Positions 29,505 to 37,440 of a stretch of DNA of 64,000 nucleotides are shown here, in pieces. The notes under the pieces were generated by a model. The model worked only from the letters and a program-made list of their open reading frames with translations. It ran no database searches and was not told the DNA's origin. Position 1 is the first letter of the stretch. Every line of letters begins with the position of its first letter. The DNA is from a virus. The stretch spans positions 32,001 through 96,000 of the IMG/VR virus record IMGVR_UViG_3300045988_101018; one strand, written 5' to 3'. The translations under genes were made by a program, and so were the position numbers.

Positions 29505-29795
29505 TTATATGACATTCTTTTTGTATAGAATTACGAATGTAATTTTAAAATCATGCCATGTGCCTTTGTTTGTTACCTCGTTATTTTGAATGCTTGCATA
29601 TGCAGTGTCGTTATCGCGCAGACCAAATTGCGTGATAATACATGAACCTGTGTGGTTTGACTTCACCGTGGTAAGGCATACAGGCGTATAGCCATCGTAT
29701 TTCACGCTGGTGTCAAAGTCGGCAACCGCGCCATACCTTAATGATTTGGCGGCAGACGTGAAGCTCTTTGTCGTGTACTGGGATACGGAATGCTA
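29505..29795 (-). other. silent cassette I (minus strand from R7, H-S-V-S-Q-Y-T-T-K)
   Basis: Extends track ORF 29505..29705. Converges on H, 3 bp apart. Confidence 0.6.
29779..29795 (+). repeat. site R7 (tgggatacggaatgcta)
   Basis: Seen directly. Confidence 0.75.
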
Positions 29796-29797
29796 TG

Positions 29798-30102
29798 TTA
29801 AAAAATAACAAAGGTTGCCCTTACGCTTCTGTTGCCAGACTGTAAATATAAATATCCATTTTGATAATAGGCAGTTGCGTGTAGGCTTATGTCAGAAACA
29901 TAATAGCAATCTACACAATCGTCAGGCCGTGTATTATTTTTAATAAAATGAGATATGGGAAACACTGTAGAACATAGCGGTCTATTATTGTAAACGCATA
30001 TTAAACAACCCATTTTTGTTGTGGGTAAATTGACTTTAAATGATTCGTATGAAGTAGAACCGCTTGTTTTTGCCACCTCTACAGGAGCTTGGGATACGGA
30101 AT
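29798..30102 (-). other. silent cassette J (minus strand from R8, D-S-V-S-Q-A-P-V-E)
   Basis: Extends track ORF 29798..30076. The frame is closed by TAA at 30128-30130, so it is not fused to the recombinase. Confidence 0.55.
30089..30102 (+). repeat. site R8 (ttgggatacggaatcccc), the closest match to R0 and the outermost inverted partner
   Basis: Seen directly. Lies 6 bp from the recombinase stop codon. Confidence 0.75.
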
Positions 30103-30108
30103 CCCCAG

Positions 30109-31005
30109 TTAGCTTATAGCCCTTATTTTAGACTTTCTAGCTTTGTCGAATATCAGCTTCTCAACAGCCGCCTGAGCTTCTTGGCAGATTGTTTTACGAG
30201 GAACGATATAGTGATTATATGCTGTGCTAATCTCTGTATGACCAAGCATCATGGCAACGGTTTCGATGCCAACTCCTGCTTCAATTGCAAGTGTAGCCCA
30301 TGTATGACGCATGTTAGTCATAGATACATATGGTACACCCATCTTCTTACACTGTGACTTGATAGCACGAGCTGCTTTATCGGGAGATACATCACCGATA
30401 AGAAGCCCATGTCCTTTAATCTGCTTTAGGCGCTGACGTGCAAACTTAGGTAGATAGCAAGACCTAGTAGACTTTTCTGTCTTAGTTTTTACTGTGATGA
30501 TTTGACCGTTCACATATTGGCGCGACTTGCTAATACGCACCTCGCCAGTCTTAAGATTGATATCAGACCATTCGAGAGCGCAAGCTTCGCCACGGCGCAA
30601 ACCAAGAGTTACAGCACAGATAGTTACGGCTTCAGCCCAATGACCCCACATGCCGCGAAGCATCTCTGATACCTCTTGTGCGTCTAAAACATCTGGGCGA
30701 TAAGGCTTGGGGTGGTTTACTTCTATGTATGCGGTTGGATCGATAATATGTAGGCGCTTCTTGCGAATCCACCAACGGATGATTTGGCGAATACATTTAA
30801 ACGCTTTCTCTCCTGCGCCAGCTTTTTCAAATGAGTCTACCCACTCCTGCAAATCATCAGGGCAGATATCTTCAATCTCACATTCGCCCCATCGCGGAAG
30901 TACATGAAGACGCATTGATGAGTCGTATCCAGCTATGGTGGATGCCGCCATCTTCTGTGTTTTCTCGGGTAGATAATGCTGTTCATAGATGTCGATAAGT
31001 TTCAT
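30109..31005 (-). CDS. tyrosine site-specific recombinase (298 aa), candidate shufflon invertase
   Basis: R (LGLRRGEA), H-x-x-R (MRHTWATLA), LGHT and the Y of STAYNHY in canonical order. Sits directly beside the site array. Confidence 0.75.
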   Translation of the reverse strand: MKLIDIYEQHYLPEKTQKMAASTIAGYDSSMRLHVLPRWGECEIEDICPDDLQEWVDSFEKAGAGEKAFKCIRQIIRWWIRKKRLHIIDPTAYIEVNHPKPYRPDVLDAQEVSEMLRGMWGHWAEAVTICAVTLGLRRGEACALEWSDINLKTGEVRISKSRQYVNGQIITVKTKTEKSTRSCYLPKFARQRLKQIKGHGLLIGDVSPDKAARAIKSQCKKMGVPYVSMTNMRHTWATLAIEAGVGIETVAMMLGHTEISTAYNHYIVPRKTICQEAQAAVEKLIFDKARKSKIRAIS

Positions 31006-31021
31006 TTTTTAAATCCTTTCA

Positions 31022-31082
31022 TTGAAAAAATCCCACGCAATTTAACTCGAAATGAGTATATAACTTGCGTGGGATTTTTTCA
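31022..31082. promoter_or_regulatory. perfect 19-bp inverted repeat (ttgaaaaaatcccacgcaa ... ttgcgtgggattttttcaa, 23-nt loop) in the divergent promoter region
   Basis: Seen directly. Lies between the recombinase start (31005) and the divergent plus-strand gene (31200). Confidence 0.5.
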
Positions 31083-31199
31083 ATGGTGCATATAAATTTA
31101 TTTATATATAAATTAAAAGTTCTACAATTTTGAATATTAGAAAACACATTTTATGTTACAATATTAACCATATTTATAAACTCTAATGACCAAGGAGGT

Positions 31200-32036
31200 A
31201 TGTCTATGTACGAAGTGCCTTGTTTAAATCTTAACGGAGACACAATTAATAGATTCTATCAATGGGACATAGACCAGAAGATAGTTATCGACCTTAATGG
31301 ATGCGATGAGAGATATCTTCAGAATCCACCTGAAGTACATTTCTCTAATTCAAGTAGGAAAGAAGCGTTGGTTGTTCGCTCTACTGTAAAATATAGTGGT
31401 GATGATGTAGCTGTTCAAGATGACAGTGTGGCAACAATGCACGCAGGAGATATCATTATTGCCGATATTCCTAATATTCTATTGCAGGAGCCTTATCCTC
31501 TACTTGTCTATGTATATTTAACTGACGCAGATGATTCGTCTTCTCAGAAAACAATTCTATATAGTGAGATCCCTGTTCGTAAACGTGCAAAGCCAAGCGA
31601 TTATCTCTACGTTGAGAATATTACTCGCATTACTGCCGAGATGATTAAAAAAGAAATTGAATCTAGCACCGAGACGGCTAGAACAAATGCCATTAACGAG
31701 ATTAATAACGTTAAAACAGAGTCTATAGCTACTGTTACAGATACAAGAGATGCTGCTGTAAATACCATAACACAGACTAAGACAAACGCCGTTAGCACTG
31801 TTGATGAAGCCAAAGAAGGCTTTATCACCACTGGCAACGCCCTTGTTAATACCGCCACTGAGATTAAGAATAATACTCAGAAGACATATGATAATGCCGT
31901 TTCTGTTGCAAATAAGACTCAGCAGACTATTGAGACAAACATAAACACGCTCATCACAAAGAACGGCGTGTATCTTAAGACTGTTAACGATGGAAGCGGC
32001 AATGCAAATCTTGCCATTCTCGTAAACCAATCATAA
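31200..32036 (+). CDS. hypothetical structural protein (fibre-module associated)
   Basis: RBS aaggaggt upstream. The C-terminal motif VNDGSGNANLAI is shared with the next ORF. Confidence 0.45.
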   Translation: MSMYEVPCLNLNGDTINRFYQWDIDQKIVIDLNGCDERYLQNPPEVHFSNSSRKEALVVRSTVKYSGDDVAVQDDSVATMHAGDIIIADIPNILLQEPYPLLVYVYLTDADDSSSQKTILYSEIPVRKRAKPSDYLYVENITRITAEMIKKEIESSTETARTNAINEINNVKTESIATVTDTRDAAVNTITQTKTNAVSTVDEAKEGFITTGNALVNTATEIKNNTQKTYDNAVSVANKTQQTIETNINTLITKNGVYLKTVNDGSGNANLAILVNQS

Positions 32037-32051
32037 AGGAGGTGCGATGAT

Positions 32052-32519
32052 ATGTCAACTGCCTATCATGTTGAAACTATCGAGCGCATCACCGAGCAGA
32101 TGTTGACAGAGGAAGTAATCAGCGATGTAAACAAGATAATGTGGGACGCAGACACACAGGTTAAAAAGATTAAAACTGATGCTGTTAATGAGATTGAAAA
32201 AATTACTCCCGAAGCTGTCAATACAATCAACAAAATTGAACAAGATGCTTTAAAGTATATTGCCAGTGAAAAGCGGGATATGATTTTCACTTTGGGTGAG
32301 AATGATGCCGATGGTAATCCAGCAGTAAGGGGCAAACTGCGCAAAATTGATACTGATACTACTGCGATATATAATAAGCTTCTTGATGTCGCTCCCAATA
32401 CAGAAGCAAAGATACAGCAAAATATAAGAATTATGATTGTTAATGATGGTTATGCTATTGAGCTTGTAAACGATGGCAGTGGAAACATTGCCGTTAATTT
32501 AGCAAGGAGGTCTGTATAA
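32052..32519 (+). CDS. hypothetical protein (shares the C-terminal VNDGSGN motif)
   Basis: RBS aaggaggtg upstream. 155 aa. Confidence 0.45.
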   Translation: MSTAYHVETIERITEQMLTEEVISDVNKIMWDADTQVKKIKTDAVNEIEKITPEAVNTINKIEQDALKYIASEKRDMIFTLGENDADGNPAVRGKLRKIDTDTTAIYNKLLDVAPNTEAKIQQNIRIMIVNDGYAIELVNDGSGNIAVNLARRSV

Positions 32520-32523
32520 AAAT

Positions 32524-33345
32524 ATGGATGGAAATAAGATAATGAAATCCCTTGGCGGTCTTGAGGTGTATGACGAAGCTTGCAGACAGCGCGTTGTAGG
32601 TATTACAAGTGCTGGCACTGGTGCTGCATATACTGCTGCCGTTAAGGCAATTGAAGTTCTTTCTGTTGGTGCTAACTTTGTTATGGTGCCACATGTTACT
32701 AGCACTACTACTGCGCCAACATTAAATGTCAATGGTCTTGGCGCGAAGAATATTAGGATACGTATTTCTAGCTCTCCTAAATCTACTATTCAGCTGCCAA
32801 GTGAAGATTTCCTTACAAACGGCAAGCCAGTAAGACTTATATATGACGGTCAATATTGGATTGTAGATGATATGGTTCAGCCTAATGCCAATGGCCTATA
32901 CGGTACTGTTCCTGTGGCTTCTGGTGGCACTGGTGGCACAACTGTTGAAGAAGCCAGAAACAACTTGGGTCTTGGAAATACAAGCGGTGCTCTGCCTATT
33001 GCTAATGGCGGTACTGGATGTACAACACTTGCAGATGCTAAGAAGCTATTTAGCGTAGCAGATGATACTGGTGTCATTCCAGTATCGAGTGGCGGCACTG
33101 GTGCCAAGACCGCTGCTGATGCTAGAACGAATCTCGGTATTACTCTTGCCAATATCGGAGCCGCTGCAAGTTCTCATAAGCATGATGCTTCAGATATTAC
33201 AAGCGGCGCTCTTGCTATCGAGCATGGTGGTACTGGTGCAACAAATGCGAAAGCTGCCTTGAATAATCTCGGTATCAGATGGGGTAAAGATAAAGCCGAG
33301 GATTCTGGTACACCGAATACCATCTATATTCAGTTGCTTGATTAG
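32524..33345 (+). CDS. tail fibre protein (paralogue of 22197..23279)
   Basis: VMVPHVTSTTTAPTLNVNGLGAKNIRIRISS...YDGQYWIVDD...LYGTVP. The C-terminus carries G-G-T-G repeats. Confidence 0.5.
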   Translation: MDGNKIMKSLGGLEVYDEACRQRVVGITSAGTGAAYTAAVKAIEVLSVGANFVMVPHVTSTTTAPTLNVNGLGAKNIRIRISSSPKSTIQLPSEDFLTNGKPVRLIYDGQYWIVDDMVQPNANGLYGTVPVASGGTGGTTVEEARNNLGLGNTSGALPIANGGTGCTTLADAKKLFSVADDTGVIPVSSGGTGAKTAADARTNLGITLANIGAAASSHKHDASDITSGALAIEHGGTGATNAKAALNNLGIRWGKDKAEDSGTPNTIYIQLLD

Positions 33346-33357
33346 GTGGTGATGTAG

Positions 33358-34191
33358 ATGGCTGTTGACAAATATGGTGGCGAAGATACGCACTCTTATA
33401 GCTGGGGTACTGGCACAAGCCAAGCATATGTATGGGCTGAAGTGACAAATAAAGACGATGATACATCTTATGTACATGTAAAAGGATGTGTTTCATCTAA
33501 AGGCAATTATAGAATTAGTCAATATGGTGTTCATGTTCAATCTGGACAAAATGGGTCTAATCAATGGACTGACACAACCGCCGTATTTGACTATAATAAT
33601 TGGGTCGGCAATATTGATAGCACATGGGAAGTAGCCCGTGGAAAAAACGATAAAAGCGTAAATTGTTGGACTAAGTATTGGGGAGAAAAGGTAGGCGGCA
33701 TAGGCGCTGGTTCTTGGGCTGGCAGTGTATCTGTAGATGTTACAGTTCCAAAACGTCCATATCATGAGCATGGAACCCCAACTTTAACAACTATAAAGAC
33801 AACCGCACACTATGGCGAAACCATAACATTGTCTTTTGCCAAAAGTGAAACACAGGGCAACGCAAACTTTAAGCGCTTTGAATTATATCAAGGAACTACT
33901 AAGCTATATAGTGGTACTGATACAAGCTATACAGTTACACCTTCTGATGTCACTGGTGTAGTAGGTGGTACTGCAACATATACTCTTAAAGAAGTGCATG
34001 AGTGGTATGATGAATACCCGTCTAAAGAAACCTCAATATCTATTAAGGTACAGTCTGGTGTTGTCACTATATATGATGAGAATAGGGTAAAGCACGTTGG
34101 TCTTGTCACAATGTATGATGAGCAGCGTGTCAAACACTATGTATTGATTACTGCATATGACGAAAACGGCAAGGCTCATAATGTGGTATAA
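33358..34191 (+). CDS. hypothetical protein with three C-terminal Y-D-E-x-R-V-K-H repeats
   Basis: VVTIYDENRVKHVGLVTMYDEQRVKHYVLITAYDENGKAHNVV. Confidence 0.45.
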   Translation: MAVDKYGGEDTHSYSWGTGTSQAYVWAEVTNKDDDTSYVHVKGCVSSKGNYRISQYGVHVQSGQNGSNQWTDTTAVFDYNNWVGNIDSTWEVARGKNDKSVNCWTKYWGEKVGGIGAGSWAGSVSVDVTVPKRPYHEHGTPTLTTIKTTAHYGETITLSFAKSETQGNANFKRFELYQGTTKLYSGTDTSYTVTPSDVTGVVGGTATYTLKEVHEWYDEYPSKETSISIKVQSGVVTIYDENRVKHVGLVTMYDEQRVKHYVLITAYDENGKAHNVV

Positions 34192-34232
34192 TATAGGTAA
34201 CATAAGTTAGGCTGCGTTCTAATGAGAACATT

Positions 34233-35045
34233 ATGTCTGAAACATCAGAACAATCTTTTATTGGCACAATGTCAACCAATGAGATTTGGAGGGGCAATGA
34301 TACAAGTCGGTGTCTAACTGACGATCTAAATGCTATGGACACAATTCATGAATCTTTGCCAAACACTTATGCTGCTAAGAATCATACGCACTCTGGATAT
34401 GCTGCTAAAAACCACACTCACAGTTATCTGCCTTTAAGCGGTGGCACACTCACAGGAAATGTCACAACAAGCAAAGACATTAATATGGGTGTAGAAGCTG
34501 CTATACAAGGCAAGACATCAGACGGAACTTTGAAGAATGTATTCGTCCCCGTGTCTGCTGCTGGCAATACGGCAATTGGATATGACAACTATCAAAAGTC
34601 TGACGGAACAACTAATCTATACGGAAACTCTGTTCGTATTTGGAGTAAAACTGGCGGTCTTACTGGTTCTAATTATGGTGAAAATAAGGTTCTGTGGAGC
34701 GGTGCCTTATACGTAAAAGAGGATACTACTATTGCCCTTTCTGGCAATGTGTCTGCGCAACCTCATGGCATTTCTCTAATATTCAGTGCATATGACGTTG
34801 ACAATGCATCTCCTGTTAATTCTAGCTGGAACTCTTTCTTTGTTCCTAAATATGCTGTAGCAAATGATAACGGCGGTGGGTTCTCATTCATACTTGAGCG
34901 TGCTGGAAAGTTCTACAAGAAGTATCTTTATATTAATAATAATGAGATAAAAGGTAATGCTGTAAATAACAACTCAGCCCTTTCTCTTCATGGTCAAACA
35001 GTTGACAACAGAAACATGGTTCTTCGTTACGTAATCGGTGTTTAA
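34233..35045 (+). CDS. tail fibre protein (N-H-T-H-S His-box repeats, L-S-G-G-T-L-T-G-N)
   Basis: YAAKNHTHSGYAAKNHTHSYLPLSGGTLTGNV resembles His-box and beta-helix motifs of phage fibres. Confidence 0.5.
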   Translation: MSETSEQSFIGTMSTNEIWRGNDTSRCLTDDLNAMDTIHESLPNTYAAKNHTHSGYAAKNHTHSYLPLSGGTLTGNVTTSKDINMGVEAAIQGKTSDGTLKNVFVPVSAAGNTAIGYDNYQKSDGTTNLYGNSVRIWSKTGGLTGSNYGENKVLWSGALYVKEDTTIALSGNVSAQPHGISLIFSAYDVDNASPVNSSWNSFFVPKYAVANDNGGGFSFILERAGKFYKKYLYINNNEIKGNAVNNNSALSLHGQTVDNRNMVLRYVIGV

Positions 35046-35051
35046 ATAATT

Positions 35052-35088
35052 CAGGGAAACAGATTAATTTCTGTTTCCCTTTTTTTTA
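35052..35088 (+). terminator. rho-independent terminator
   Basis: agggaaacag - attaattt - ctgtttccct followed by T8. Confidence 0.7.
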
Positions 35089-35220
35089 CGATTTTTGGTT
35101 GCCTTCTTTTTCAATAATGTATTTTAAATCACTGCAAATAGATTGTATTTCCTTTTGAACACTTTCTAATCTAGATAATATTTTATTTACTGAATCTCGC
35201 TGTAATGTCATTGAATCCAT
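35086..35220 (-). CDS. small ORF (44 aa), possible excisionase/regulator; weak
   Basis: ATG to TAA with no obvious RBS. Lies between the integrase and the fibre operon. Confidence 0.15.
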   Translation of the reverse strand: MDSMTLQRDSVNKILSRLESVQKEIQSICSDLKYIIEKEGNQKS

Positions 35221-35557
35221 CTCCTTTTAGATATTAATTATAGTATATAAAAAAGAGGTTCAATTAAGAACCTCAGTGAGTGTAAGGTGTTGTATATTTG
35301 AGCCTAGTTGCGTAGACTTAGCCGAAGGAAATGGACGATAGTGTTTAAGCAAATCCATAAGCAAATATGACTCAAATACATACAACATTAATATAAGGTA
35401 TTGCTTAATTTAAGCAAATATAGGAAATCCCAAACCCTTTGTCTATCAAGGAGTCATAATTACTTACTCGTTGTTATCTCCTAGAACTCCAAATGCAAAG
35501 CCCTTATATATATTACTTTATTTATATGGCGTTTGCAAGCCTGTTTAGAAATTTTAC

Positions 35558-35650
35558 GCAAACGATACGCAACTGCTTTAAAACGTAAAAAATAAATTTG
35601 CTTAAATTTCTACGCAAATTGAATCTCTACGCAAATACGCAAATAATGAA
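35558..35650. repeat. five direct copies of (T)ACGCAA(A/C), candidate integrase arm-type binding sites / attP arm
   Basis: ttttacgcaaacgatacgcaactg ... tctacgcaaattgaatctctacgcaaatacgcaaataatg, just downstream of the integrase stop. Confidence 0.45.
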
Positions 35651-35668
35651 TATAAAAAAAGACTCCCA

Positions 35669-36865
35669 TTATAATAGGAAGTCTTCTGCTTTTGCCACTT
35701 CTTCATTCAGTTTTGTCTCTAACAAGTGGGTATATTTCAAAGTGGTAGCATAACTAGTATGCCCCATGATTCTTTGTATAAACACTGGATCTAATTTCTT
35801 TTCAAAACACCTAGTAGCAAACGTATGTCTAAACGCATGTGGATAGATGTGTTCCATTTTTTCTGGCGCTCTGCCTTCTATTGCCGCATTATATTCTTCT
35901 TTTTCGTTGATGTTCTTCAATACCTTTTCAATGTTATGGGACAATGCATATCTTGTTACTGGCGAGCCAAGTGTTGTCGTAAAAACTAAATCGCCTAACT
36001 CTGGTCGCAATCTCCATCTACTTCCAAGCTTTGCTTTGTATTGGTCTTGTTTTACCTTCCAATCTTTAAATAGTTCTCCTACATTCCCGAAGAACGGAAT
36101 AGTTCTGTAGCTATTGCTCGTCTTTGGCGTTGTGAGATATTCCATTTTCTTGCCGTCAACATAGCCAATGCTCAGGCTTCTTTGTATCCTGATTGTTTTG
36201 TTTTGCCAGTTTATATCCTGCCATTGAAGGCCGCTGAATTCACCGATTCTCATGCCAGTAAGTAATAAGATTTGGTAAGCTTCATTGTAATACTCATGTT
36301 CTATTTCATCTAAAAACATTTTCATTTCACGAGAACTCAAAACCCTACGTTCTTGAACAGCTTCATTCTCGTCTTTTATTGCTATATTAATACACGGGTT
36401 AGACTTAATGATTTGATTCATAACCGCTATATCCAAACACTCTCTGAGTACGCCAAGTGCTTCTCTCAGCGTTCTTGCTTTGAATTTACTAAGCAATTCG
36501 TTTGTTGTGTCTTGCATATTCATATGAGATATATTCTCTATCTTTTTATCCCCTATTGCAGCAATGTATGTGTTAGATACTTTTCTATGATATGCCTTTT
36601 TAGACACTTCCGACTTCAATGCTGGCTTTTTGTATTTTTCAAACCACTCTTCAAACCATTCAGACAGTGTAAGGTTTGGTCTAATATTCTTTTCGTCTCT
36701 TAGAATCTTAATTTTTTCTTCTTCAAAACGTTTCTTTAATGTTGGTAGATGCATATCGTATAAGCAAATTTTTGTACCATTAATCATTGCACGCGCTTCA
36801 AAACGTTTATCTTTTCGTTGACTGTATCCGCGCCCCAAGTCTTTGCCTTTAAGGTCTTTCCCCAT
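35669..36865 (-). CDS. int: phage-type tyrosine integrase
   Basis: 398 aa. R (LLTGMRIGEF), HAFRHTFAT, IMGHTSYATTLKYTHL. A repeat-rich non-coding region lies alongside. Confidence 0.8.
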   Translation of the reverse strand: MGKDLKGKDLGRGYSQRKDKRFEARAMINGTKICLYDMHLPTLKKRFEEEKIKILRDEKNIRPNLTLSEWFEEWFEKYKKPALKSEVSKKAYHRKVSNTYIAAIGDKKIENISHMNMQDTTNELLSKFKARTLREALGVLRECLDIAVMNQIIKSNPCINIAIKDENEAVQERRVLSSREMKMFLDEIEHEYYNEAYQILLLTGMRIGEFSGLQWQDINWQNKTIRIQRSLSIGYVDGKKMEYLTTPKTSNSYRTIPFFGNVGELFKDWKVKQDQYKAKLGSRWRLRPELGDLVFTTTLGSPVTRYALSHNIEKVLKNINEKEEYNAAIEGRAPEKMEHIYPHAFRHTFATRCFEKKLDPVFIQRIMGHTSYATTLKYTHLLETKLNEEVAKAEDFLL

Positions 36866-36959
36866 GATGTTAACACACCTTTATAATATATTTTTACAAC
36901 AATATTGTATCTTTGTTTTACGTAAATTACAAAAGATAAGTTCTATAAAGAATATTTGC

Positions 36960-36986
36960 ACAAAAATGGGGCTTGTTATAGCCCCA
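36960..36986 (-). terminator. rho-independent terminator (minus strand) upstream of int
   Basis: ggggct-tgttat-agcccc hairpin, with aaaaat on the plus side giving a T-run on the minus strand. Confidence 0.45.
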
Positions 36987-37049
36987 CTGCATATATATTT
37001 AGTTGTTATTTTGCCGCGGGTAATCCAACGGTATGTTGACCACATCTAT

Positions 37050-37439
37050 CTAATTGTTCTTTGCCTGCGTAGTAAATGTATTAGAAACAATAATAAAACC
37101 ACTTAGCTCTTTATACTTATTAAGATACCAACGAGACTTTTCCATGTTCTCTTCGATATCACCTTTATATGGCGCTCTATACCTGTATTTCCAGCAGTTT
37201 AGAAGACAAAAATTCATAACTGCTTCTTTTCCAAAGACAAGAATCATCTCATCAATACATTCCATTCCATGCTCATAATGAGGAGGTTCGTTTACCATAT
37301 CAACATCATCCTCATCATTAACAGGCTTGTCATACATACTGTTTACAAACTCAGCAACCTCCTTAAGCTCCTCCTCATTACCATGAACAATAAGAGAGTT
37401 GTTGCCGCTCTTGCTCTCGTTATAACTAATTACCGCCAT
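37050..37439 (-). CDS. hypothetical protein (E-P-P-H-Y motif, DUF3310-like?)
   Basis: 129-aa ORF. Function not recognisable. Confidence 0.35.
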   Translation of the reverse strand: MAVISYNESKSGNNSLIVHGNEEELKEVAEFVNSMYDKPVNDEDDVDMVNEPPHYEHGMECIDEMILVFGKEAVMNFCLLNCWKYRYRAPYKGDIEENMEKSRWYLNKYKELSGFIIVSNTFTTQAKNN

Positions 37440-37440
37440 G

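Noticed and set aside
26471-30102. CRISPR array as an explanation for the repeated 13-17-bp motif.
   Set aside because: Spacing between copies is irregular (about 265-1100 bp) and far longer than CRISPR spacers. Copies occur in both orientations, lie in-frame inside ORFs, and no cas genes are present.
25823-31005. Integron-like cassette array (integrase plus attC sites).
   Set aside because: The sites lie inside coding frames and always encode S-V-S. Cassettes lack their own starts and RBS. Cassettes alternate strand in convergent pairs. The 3' end rather than the 5' end of the recombinase gene abuts the array. All of this fits a shufflon rather than an integron.
32745-32760. ttaggatacgtatt inside fibre gene 32524..33345 as a 14th recombination site.
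   Set aside because: It has two mismatches in the otherwise invariant 13-bp core and does not read S-V-S in the gene frame. Most likely a chance match.
3385-35331. An 11-bp match (cttagccgaag) at 3388 and 35320 as a possible att core or duplicated end.
   Set aside because: Exact 11-mers are expected many times by chance in 64 kb, and no extended similarity surrounds the match.
35260-35560. A tRNA gene or tRNA 3'-end as the integration target or core next to int.
   Set aside because: No cloverleaf-compatible segment (acceptor stem, T-loop GTTC, CCA context) could be found by eye. It cannot be excluded without a tRNA scan.
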